A stretch of DNA of 38,908 nucleotides, taken from positions 1-38,908 of the IMG/VR virus record IMGVR_UViG_3300005512_000106. One strand, written 5' to 3'. The stretch's first letter is position 1; each line of letters starts with the position of its first letter. Below the pieces are notes generated by a model that saw only the letters and a list, made by a program, of their open reading frames with translations, did no database searches and had not been told where the DNA came from. This DNA is from a virus (taxonomy: Duplodnaviria > Caudoviricetes). Below, piece after piece: positions 26,488 to 33,887 of the stretch. Position numbers and translations under genes: made by a program.

Positions 26488-28868
26488 GAGAAGAAGTAAC
26501 GGCTGGCCATGACGGCTCTTAGGTCCAGATTCCCAACCTGGGGCGGTTCAGGGAAACTTATGTCGGGGTATTCAGCTATAAGTTCGTCGAATAACCGAAG
26601 GTGGGCCGGCTCCTCGTGCAGGAGCACGAATTGCTCGCGTAGGATCTCGTTCATGCGGCCCACGTCGGCGGCGTGCGTCCAGTAGGAATCATGCACGCCG
26701 GCGAAGCGGAGCCCCTCGTCACGGCAGGCGATGGCGGTGCACATCATGTGCGAGGCGTCCATGGCGTGTACCCAGTTCGGAGCGAAGCCGTTGACCTGGC
26801 GTTGCGGGCTGATGGGGCACTTCTCGTCTCGCTCGTTGAAGTGAATGGATTGCAGCATGGTGACGACCGCCTTGACGCGAGCCCGGCGGTAGGGTTGTTC
26901 GACCACAACGCCCAAGGGCGTCGTCCACCGGATCGGCTGCCCCGTGCGAGCGATCAGCTTCCCGCAGCACGCCAGCCAATCCATCGCCGCATGAGCAGCA
27001 ACGCAGACGATCTTGTTGGCCGCGAGGCACTTGTTGGCGAGGTACCGGCTGGCGGCGTAGAGATCATCTTGGTCGAAGCCGGCGTCTTTCAGGTGGGCGT
27101 ACACCTGGCGGCGAGCCCCAACCTTCGTTACTCCGTACACGGAGGTCATCACGGTTTGCTTGACGATCTTCCGGTCAATCCAGCCGGTCAGCAGCTTCGC
27201 CTCAGGGATGCCGTCCGCCGCTTCCTGCTCGACGATGGCAGCGACTTGGGCGGCGACCTTGGCGTACACATCCTGCGGGGCATCGGCAGGCAGGAGGTTC
27301 ACCATTCGCCCCGTCTGCTCGCAGCGGAGCATCGCCCCGTAGTGCTGGAGGGCGTTGTTGCTCCCGTCCAGTTGAACGGGCAGGTGCGTAGCGGCCTCCG
27401 GGTTGTTCAGGGCGATCGCGGCGGCGAGCGCCTGCCACGGCTTGTCGAGTTCCATCCAGCCGGTGTTGTCGAGGGGGGCAGTGGCCCAGCCCTTGATCGC
27501 CGGCAAGCTCGACGTTGCCCAGGCTATGCGGTCATCGAAGCTGGCCTTGTCAACGCCGCAGCAGTTGGCCATGTGCACAAGGAGCCATTGCCGGCCCTCG
27601 GCTGCCATGGGCCGGGCCTCGGCGAACTCCAGCAGGCCCCGGCAGATGTCATCCCCTTGGTGGTGCAGGAACAGGGGGATCGGGTACGCCCGCGTGCGGA
27701 AATCCAGTTGATGCGGAAAGTAGATCGCCGGTCGGTCAGCAAATCGCTCGGCGACGTCGAGCTTGAGCTTGAACACGATCCGCTCAGCCTGTTCCTGGGC
27801 GTTGCGGCGGCGGATCCCCGCGGCCTCCCGCTTCCACAGCTTCTTCGCCGCCTCGTTCTCGTTCCAGTCGGCAGGGAGGGGGGGCATCGGCAGGTTGCCG
27901 GCACGGGGCAGGCCCGCACACGCGCCGCCGGACGCCCACAGCGCCTGCACGATTGGCAGCACTGCCCGGTTGATCCGCCACGGAGTAGCACTGAGTGCGT
28001 TGACGGCTTCCCGGATGGTCTCGGTGTCGGCCTTGACCTTGGAGCGGTCGGCCTTCTTGACCAACTCGGTCGGGAGCTCGAGATACCCGCCCCGCTCCTG
28101 ATCCGTCCAGGACATCGGCGGCACGAGCATCGGCTGGTACCGAGGTCGTAGGTGTTCCCGGACGGAGTGGCCATCCTCGATCAGTTGCACGGCCCGGCGA
28201 GTCAGGCGGGTGACGTTGACGATCCGGACCCCTCGGCGCCGAGTGAATATCTCAAAGGCCGGATCCCGCGGCTGGTCGAAGTCCGCTATCGTGGCGACCT
28301 TGATGAGTAGCTCGAGCAGCTTGGCCCCGACGTGGCATTGATTCCGCAGGCTCCACTTCTCGCCGATCCGGAACTTGTTGGCGATGCGGTTGACGTGCGT
28401 TGCCTTGATCTTCTTTCGGTCGGTATGCAGCAGGGCGCTCCACGCCTCGTCGTTCTCCTTGCGGAGCTTGTCGTAGTTGATCTCGGCGTTGACCGAACGG
28501 CCGATGGCCAGGGAGAGCGTCGCCACCTTCACCCCGGTCGGCTCGGAGAGGCACTTGCCGAGGGCCTCGTGCATAGCGGCGACGGCCAGGGTCGCCGAAT
28601 CAAGCTGCTGGAGGAGGGGGCCGTAGACCCTGCGCCCCTTGCTCGGCCGGCGTGCGGTGATTGCCGCCTTCTCGGCCGCGATGACGGACGAATACACGCG
28701 GAACCAATGGACGAGCAGGCGTTCGACGGGCTTGAGGGCGGCGCCGTCCCCGCGGTCCACCGCCTCGGCGACCAGACGGCGGTACCGGGCAACCCCCCGG
28801 CTGTGTGCTTCACGCTCGCAGTCGAGCTCATCGGAGTACGCGGACCCGTCGAGCAGATGCTCCACCAT
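26484..28868 (-). CDS. Single-subunit DNA-directed RNA polymerase (T7/mitochondrial family)
   Basis: Motif A LPVQLDGSNNALQHY, motif B RKIVKQTVMTSVYG, motif C FAGVHDSYWTH, C-terminal YFFS; AAGGA RBS before ATG 28868. Confidence 0.97.
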   Translation of the reverse strand: MVEHLLDGSAYSDELDCEREAHSRGVARYRRLVAEAVDRGDGAALKPVERLLVHWFRVYSSVIAAEKAAITARRPSKGRRVYGPLLQQLDSATLAVAAMHEALGKCLSEPTGVKVATLSLAIGRSVNAEINYDKLRKENDEAWSALLHTDRKKIKATHVNRIANKFRIGEKWSLRNQCHVGAKLLELLIKVATIADFDQPRDPAFEIFTRRRGVRIVNVTRLTRRAVQLIEDGHSVREHLRPRYQPMLVPPMSWTDQERGGYLELPTELVKKADRSKVKADTETIREAVNALSATPWRINRAVLPIVQALWASGGACAGLPRAGNLPMPPLPADWNENEAAKKLWKREAAGIRRRNAQEQAERIVFKLKLDVAERFADRPAIYFPHQLDFRTRAYPIPLFLHHQGDDICRGLLEFAEARPMAAEGRQWLLVHMANCCGVDKASFDDRIAWATSSLPAIKGWATAPLDNTGWMELDKPWQALAAAIALNNPEAATHLPVQLDGSNNALQHYGAMLRCEQTGRMVNLLPADAPQDVYAKVAAQVAAIVEQEAADGIPEAKLLTGWIDRKIVKQTVMTSVYGVTKVGARRQVYAHLKDAGFDQDDLYAASRYLANKCLAANKIVCVAAHAAMDWLACCGKLIARTGQPIRWTTPLGVVVEQPYRRARVKAVVTMLQSIHFNERDEKCPISPQRQVNGFAPNWVHAMDASHMMCTAIACRDEGLRFAGVHDSYWTHAADVGRMNEILREQFVLLHEEPAHLRLFDELIAEYPDISFPEPPQVGNLDLRAVMASRYFFS

Positions 28869-28987
28869 TGTTCTCGTCCTTGAGATAGGTGTGGGGCCGG
28901 CGGACTCGTACCCGTCAGGGCCGATTCGGGGAATGATCGAGCGGAGTGTGGTTTTCCCGCCCCGCATCCGCCGACCCGGAGAAAGGC

Positions 28988-29224
28988 TTAGTCGAGGTTC
29001 GCGCTGCCGACCCAGAGGCCCTCGGCGAGCGTCACGCGCCGATCGCTCTTGACCTTCTTGCCGTCCGCCGTCTCGACGTAGACATAGGCGCGGACATCCT
29101 CGGCCAGTTGCACCGGCTCAGTGTGCGGCACCAGCACGACGCGCGGATTCTCTCTCGCGCACCCACTCAGCAAAGCGCCGACCACGATCAGTCCGACGAG
29201 CACTCTCAGCATTGACGGGCGCAT
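28988..29224 (-). CDS. Lipoprotein, o-spanin candidate
   Basis: Signal peptide with lipobox LSGC; overlaps the upstream gene in another frame (Rz/Rz1-like). Start uncertain. Confidence 0.6.
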   Translation of the reverse strand: MRPSMLRVLVGLIVVGALLSGCARENPRVVLVPHTEPVQLAEDVRAYVYVETADGKKVKSDRRVTLAEGLWVGSANLD

Positions 29225-29300
29225 GGAGTTTCTCCCAGATGAAGGGAAGAACGGCAGCGAGGATCGACTTGAGGATTGGCAGCAGGATCGCCAGCATCAC
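29118..29300 (-). CDS. Small membrane-anchored protein, i-spanin candidate
   Basis: Hydrophobic N-terminus then a basic tail; lies between the holin and lipoprotein genes. Confidence 0.5.
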   Translation of the reverse strand: MMLAILLPILKSILAAVLPFIWEKLHAPVNAESARRTDRGRRFAEWVRERESARRAGAAH

Positions 29301-29512
29301 AGCAGCTTCTTGACGCCGGCCCTGGATGCGGAGTAGCCCATCGTGGCCAGCACCGCCATTGCGCCGCCGACGATCTTGCCGACCATGCTATCGCCGGTGA
29401 AGATGCCGCTGGCCATGAGGATGCCGAAGATGGTGGCGACCGTGCTCAGCCAGAACTCGGTGGTCTTGACGCCTGCCTTGGGGGTCGGGGTGATCTCTGA
29501 GGGTTCGGTCAT
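29297..29512 (-). CDS. Holin (2 TM)
   Basis: KAGVKTTEFWLS, two hydrophobic helices, basic C-terminus; GGAG RBS. Confidence 0.7.
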   Translation of the reverse strand: MTEPSEITPTPKAGVKTTEFWLSTVATIFGILMASGIFTGDSMVGKIVGGAMAVLATMGYSASRAGVKKLL

Positions 29513-29592
29513 GGGTTGGCTCCAGACTCGGGACGACAGGGAAGCCTACCACCGGGAGCGATGGTGATGCCAGAAAACTCTTGGTTTTTTCC

Positions 29593-29652
29593 TTGACGGT
29601 CGGGGCATGGGGGCGATATTCCCTTGACCTGTGGATTTCAGTATACGACAAT
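29593..29652 (+). promoter_or_regulatory. Tandem sigma70-type promoters at the divergence point
   Basis: TTGACG-16-GATATT (29593-29620) and TTGACC-17-GACAAT (29624-29652). Confidence 0.6.
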
Positions 29653-29723
29653 TCGATGCCTTCACGGCGGCCGGTTCTGCCTACCATGTGTACTGCAGTC
29701 CACAGCCGGCCGCCTCAATCACC

Positions 29724-29762
29724 AAAGCCCGTGCCCCCTTCGGAGGGACGCGGGCTTTCTTT
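29724..29762 (+). terminator. Intrinsic terminator, possibly bidirectional
   Basis: AAAGCCCG...TTCG...CGGGCTTT followed by CTTT. Confidence 0.7.
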
Positions 29763-30046
29763 GCGCCTATCGTAGCGAGGGCCGCTTCGGGTGTCGTTCA
29801 CCGGCCCGCATCCAAAGAACGACACGGAACCGCCGGAACTCACCCCACCGGCACGCGCCCCCGGTTTCAAGCCACCAACACCAAAGACCGCGCTGTCCCA
29901 CCCCCGACAACGGTCGACCTCGGGACTGGCTGAGCTTTCAAGGGCGTCGCTCGCTGTTCAGGAAGCAGCAGGATCGAAGCTCAGGGCGATACCCCGAGGG
30001 AGATAGGGGGGTTGTGCCCAGTGGCTCTTACGAAAGGGACCGAGCG

Positions 30047-30490
30047 ATGACAAAAGCGACCATGCACTTCGATGGCGGAGCCCGTCCGCAGTCAGGGCTG
30101 GCCGGGTTCGGGTTCGTGCTGCGAGTGAACGACGACGACCAACTCGGCCTTCTGGAGGGCAACGCCGTCCTCAACAGGACGTGCAACGAGGCTGAGTACA
30201 TGGGGTGTATCGCCGGGCTGGCGGCTGCGTTGTCGGCCGGTGTGACCACCTTGCGGGTCTACGGAGACTCCAAACTGGTTATCAATCAGGTCGCGGGGCG
30301 CTGGAAGCTCAAGGCAGACAACCTTCGGCCCCTGTACCGGATCGCCCGCCGGCTCGCGGCCTCCTTCCGACGGGCGACGTTCAAGCATATCCCCAGGGAC
30401 AACAACGGCGAGGCTGACGGGTTGGTCAACGATGCGATGGACAGCCTGGAGCGGGAGCTAGAAAATAAATATGCGAAAAGCTCAAGATAG
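30047..30490 (+). CDS. rnhA: Ribonuclease HI family protein
   Basis: HFDGGAR, TCNEAEY, VYGDSKLVINQV, HIPRDNNGEAD: complete D-E-D-D set. Confidence 0.92.
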   Translation: MTKATMHFDGGARPQSGLAGFGFVLRVNDDDQLGLLEGNAVLNRTCNEAEYMGCIAGLAAALSAGVTTLRVYGDSKLVINQVAGRWKLKADNLRPLYRIARRLAASFRRATFKHIPRDNNGEADGLVNDAMDSLERELENKYAKSSR

Positions 30491-30493
30491 TTC

Positions 30494-30521
30494 TTGTCCC
30501 GTGCCGAAACCGTGCTATACT
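30494..30521 (+). promoter_or_regulatory. Sigma70-type promoter with extended -10; predicts a leaderless mRNA
   Basis: TTGTCC-16-(TGc)TATACT; ATG lies 7 nt downstream with no RBS. Confidence 0.65.
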
Positions 30522-30528
30522 TCCAATC

Positions 30529-30681
30529 ATGCGTATCGTGATAAACGACACTGATCTGGTGAAGCGAATCAAGGTGGAGCAGCAACGTCGGGGCGACGGG
30601 ACGGCCGCGGCCACGGCGAAGAAGCTCCTCGAACAGCGACTCGCTCAACTCGACCTCGAACCCACGGCCGTCCGCGAATAG
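30529..30681 (+). CDS. 50-aa ribbon-helix-helix (Arc/CopG-like) regulator (absent from the ORF track)
   Basis: MRIVIN-DTDLVKRIKVEQQRRG-DGTAAATAKKLLEQRL: strand-helix-Gly turn-helix. Confidence 0.6.
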   Translation: MRIVINDTDLVKRIKVEQQRRGDGTAAATAKKLLEQRLAQLDLEPTAVRE

Positions 30682-30691
30682 GACATCTCTC

Positions 30692-30829
30692 ATGGAATCA
30701 GCAGGCGCAACAGTGGCTCTCATCGTCGCGGTGGCCTTCGTCGCCGCGTTCCTGGCGGTCCTGATCTGGGTGGACGACTACAAGGACGAGGCGATGGACG
30801 CAGGCGTCCATCTGGGCCGCCTTGCTTGA
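30692..30829 (+). CDS. 45-aa single-TM protein (absent from the ORF track)
   Basis: ATVALIVAVAFVAAFLAVLIWV; AGGA upstream. Confidence 0.5.
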   Translation: MESAGATVALIVAVAFVAAFLAVLIWVDDYKDEAMDAGVHLGRLA

Positions 30830-31035
30830 GCATGTGTCCAAGTCCCCGGCGCGTGTCCGGGGCACGGCGAGCGGTTGGCTTGCTCGGGACTTAGCCGCTC
30901 GCCCCTTTGCGAATGCCTGTGGGTTTCGGTTCATCCCTCCGGGGCTCGCAGTCAAGGCGGCGACGGGTCGGCAGTGTACTCCCCCCTGCACTGGCCGGCC
31001 CCGAGCCGCCACCATCCCGAGGAAGGAACCGAACG

Positions 31036-31413
31036 ATGGCAAAGCAGCGAACGATCAATGTTGACTTCGGCAATGTGGGCGTCGGCAAGGGCACGGCCAG
31101 GCTGAGCGTGCGAATGAGCCGGGAAGGTTTCGACCTGGAGGACGCCGAGCACCTGTTCTGCGGCGCCCGCCTCCGAGCGACGCTGGCCGTCACGGGCGGC
31201 GAGCAGCCTCTCGTGCCCGATGCCCTGCCGAAGCTCACGAGCATCGTGGACGCCAAGCGGCTGAGCCTGAGCCCCGGCGAAATCTCAACGTCGCTGACGT
31301 TCGCGAAGGGGGAGGTCAACCTGACCGAACTCAGCGCCTTCGCAGCGACCAAGGGGCAACTGACGGTGGAGCGCATCGGCGATGCGGTCGATGCTGAGCC
31401 CGAGGCGGATTGA
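31036..31413 (+). CDS. Hypothetical protein
   Basis: AAGGAACCGAAC leader before ATG 31036. Confidence 0.7.
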   Translation: MAKQRTINVDFGNVGVGKGTARLSVRMSREGFDLEDAEHLFCGARLRATLAVTGGEQPLVPDALPKLTSIVDAKRLSLSPGEISTSLTFAKGEVNLTELSAFAATKGQLTVERIGDAVDAEPEAD

Positions 31414-31425
31414 CAAGCCTACGAC

Positions 31426-31557
31426 GGCGAGCGGCAGGCAGGCCACGGTGGTTTGCCAAGGGTGGCCCGACAACTTCATAATCCAGAACCCGCAAACGGT
31501 GTGAATGGGACTGGAAAGGACGCCCGGCCCCGGATGGGCCTGACGGGGCTGCTCGCC
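31426..31557 (+). ncRNA. Candidate multi-branch structured RNA
   Basis: 10-bp closing stem GGCGAGCGGC / GCTGCTCGCC (one G-U) enclosing internal hairpins such as GGCCAC/GTGGCC. Confidence 0.35.
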
Positions 31558-31561
31558 ACGC

Positions 31562-31641
31562 TGCGGGGTAGTGTAACTGGCAACACGTTCGGGAGCCCTA
31601 TCCCCTCCTGAAAACTGCGGGTCCAAAGCCCGCCCCCGCTA
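31562..31641 (+). tRNA. tRNA-like element / pseudo-tRNA with non-canonical anticodon arm
   Basis: Acceptor (T)GCGGGG/CCCCGC(T)A; D arm GTGT-AACTGGCA-ACAC; arm TTCGGGAG-CCCTATCCC-CTCCTGAA; T arm GCGGG-TCCAAAG-CCCGC. Confidence 0.65.
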
Positions 31642-31677
31642 TTGTGAACCGGAAACCCAGCACCAAAGGACAGAACA

Positions 31678-32961
31678 ATGGGCACGAAGATCGTCAAACT
31701 GGAAGCGGAGAACGTCAAGCGGCTTGTCGCCGTCAACATCGAGCCGAGCGGAGCGATGGTCGTCATCGGCGGGCAGAATGGGGCGGGTAAGTCATCCGTT
31801 CTGGACGCCATTGAGTACGCCTTGGCCGGCGGGAGGTCGCTGCCCGACGTGCCGGTGAGGCAAGGCGAGGATGCCGCCCGTGTTTTGGTGGAACTCGATG
31901 ATTTGGTCGTGACCAAGACCATCGGCAGCGCCGGCCGGACCTCGTTGGTCGTGGCCAACAAGGAAGGGGCAGCATTCCCCAGCCCGCAGGCCATGCTCGA
32001 CAAGCTTGTGGGTCCACTGAGCTTCGATCCCCTCTCGTTCCTGCGCATGCCCCCGGCAAACCAGCGGGCGACGCTCCAGGAACTCATCGGCCTGAACTTC
32101 GATGAGCAGAACGGCAAGCGAGCGACGCTCTACCAGAAGCGCACAGCGGTCGGCCGCGGAGTGCGGGATCTCAAGGGCCAGGTCAAGGCCATGCCGTTCC
32201 ATGCCGACGCCCCGGCCGAGGAAGTCAGCGTTGCGGACCTGTCCCGCGATCTCCGAGAGGCCCAGGGAATCAACAAGGCGGCATTCGAGGCGCAGGGGGC
32301 GGCGACTCGTGCCGAACAGGATGTGGCGGCATCCTCGAGGGCAGTAGCGACAGCACAGCAGGCCGTGGTCGATGCGCAGACCCGGCTGGAGTCGGCGATT
32401 GCCGCCCGCGACGAGATCGACGCGGAAGCCAAGAGGCTGCGAGAGGCGGCGGACAAGGCCCCGACCGTGGAGTGTGACCCGCTCCATGAACGCATCACCG
32501 CAGCCGAGGGCATCAACCAGAAGGTCCGCGAGAACGCCGCTGTCGCCAACACGAAGAAGCGACTGGTGGAGGCAGAGAAGGAGCAAGCCGAGCTCAGTAA
32601 CGCGATTGCCAAGATCGACGGGGGCAAGGCGAAGGCCCTGGCGAAAGCGGAGTTCCCGGTCGAGGGCCTCGAGTTCGACGACGAGGGCGTCACGTTCGGT
32701 GGCCTGCCCTTGGGCCAGGCGTCACAGGCAGAGCAATTGCGGGTGTCCGTGGCGATGGGCCTGGCTCTCAACCCGGACCTCAAGGTGCTGTTGATCCGTG
32801 ACGGCAGCCTGTTGGACGAGGCCAATCTGGCCCTGCTGCGGGATATGGCGACGGAGGCCGGCGCGCAGGTCTGGATCGAGCGAGTCGGCGAGGACAAGGA
32901 CTGCACCGTCATCATCGAGGACGGGCAGGTGAAAGGACACGAGGCCGATGCCACAGAATGA
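31678..32961 (+). CDS. SMC/Rad50-like AAA ATPase with coiled coil
   Basis: Walker A GGQNGAGKSS, long coiled coil, degenerate signature ASQAE, C-terminal LLIRDGSLLDE. Confidence 0.88.
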   Translation: MGTKIVKLEAENVKRLVAVNIEPSGAMVVIGGQNGAGKSSVLDAIEYALAGGRSLPDVPVRQGEDAARVLVELDDLVVTKTIGSAGRTSLVVANKEGAAFPSPQAMLDKLVGPLSFDPLSFLRMPPANQRATLQELIGLNFDEQNGKRATLYQKRTAVGRGVRDLKGQVKAMPFHADAPAEEVSVADLSRDLREAQGINKAAFEAQGAATRAEQDVAASSRAVATAQQAVVDAQTRLESAIAARDEIDAEAKRLREAADKAPTVECDPLHERITAAEGINQKVRENAAVANTKKRLVEAEKEQAELSNAIAKIDGGKAKALAKAEFPVEGLEFDDEGVTFGGLPLGQASQAEQLRVSVAMGLALNPDLKVLLIRDGSLLDEANLALLRDMATEAGAQVWIERVGEDKDCTVIIEDGQVKGHEADATE

Positions 32962-33880
32962 CACGCCAGCCGAGGTTGTGATCGCCAAAGTGCCCGCCCC
33001 GGAGCCGGGGGTCTACCCCGGAGTACCGTTCGAGACCTACGCCTCGTGGGACGCCGCCAACGCCTCACTGCTCAAGGCTCTGGACCACACCCCGGCCCTG
33101 GCCCTGCACCGACTCACGCACATCGAGGACGACAAGCCGCACTACGCCCTCGGCCGGCTGTTCCATCTGCTCGCGACTCAGCCTGAGTTGGCCGACGGGG
33201 AGTTCGTCGAGAAGCCGGCGACCTACGTAAACGACAAGGGCGAGGAAAAGCCTTGGCACGGCGGGGCGAAGGCGTGCAAGGCCCAGATGGCCCTGTGGCT
33301 GAGCGAGGGGCTGACGCCCGTGAGCGCTGACGACATGAACCAGGCCCTTGCGATGGCCGACAGCGTGCGGACGCACGAGAAGCTCGGGCCGCTGATGGAC
33401 GGCGCCGACGTGGAACTCTCGCTGGTCTGGGTGGACACGACCACGGGCGTCACCTGCAAGGCCCGGCTCGACGTGGCCAAGACAGCCGCCGGCGTGATCG
33501 GGGAACTCAAGAGCGCCCGGTCGGCCAAGGCGGACGACTTCTTCAACGTCGCCTACCGGCTGGGCTATCACATTGCCACGGCCATGTACGTCGATGCGGC
33601 GATCGCCCTGGGGTTGACGCCGGAGGACGTGCCGACGTGGTACGTCTTTGCCGTGGTGGAGAAGTTCCCCCCCTACCTGGCCCGGGCCTTCGATGTCCAC
33701 GACGACCCCGAGGCCCTGTCCTTCGCCTTCCTCGACCTCGGGCGCAAGGTCTACAAGACGAAGCTCGCCGAGTACGCCTTCTGCCGCAAGCACAACAAGT
33801 GGCCGGGCTACCCGACCGAGCACGCCGACATGATGCTGCCGCCGTGGGTCAAGGACGCCGAAGCCTTCGAGATGCGATAG
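32948..33880 (+). CDS. PD-(D/E)XK exonuclease, RecE/exonuclease VIII-like
   Basis: ELSLVW...CKARLD...GELKS, GYHI..AMY, FAVVEKFPPY, WPGYP motifs. Confidence 0.88.
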   Translation: MPQNDTPAEVVIAKVPAPEPGVYPGVPFETYASWDAANASLLKALDHTPALALHRLTHIEDDKPHYALGRLFHLLATQPELADGEFVEKPATYVNDKGEEKPWHGGAKACKAQMALWLSEGLTPVSADDMNQALAMADSVRTHEKLGPLMDGADVELSLVWVDTTTGVTCKARLDVAKTAAGVIGELKSARSAKADDFFNVAYRLGYHIATAMYVDAAIALGLTPEDVPTWYVFAVVEKFPPYLARAFDVHDDPEALSFAFLDLGRKVYKTKLAEYAFCRKHNKWPGYPTEHADMMLPPWVKDAEAFEMR

Positions 33881-33887
33881 GAGAATC

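Noticed and set aside
29950-29975. SRP RNA (GGAAGCAGC)
   Set aside because: The rest of the helix 8 motif, with its GNRA loop, is absent.
31410-31415. Perfect TTGACA -35 box
   Set aside because: No -10 element at a suitable spacing.
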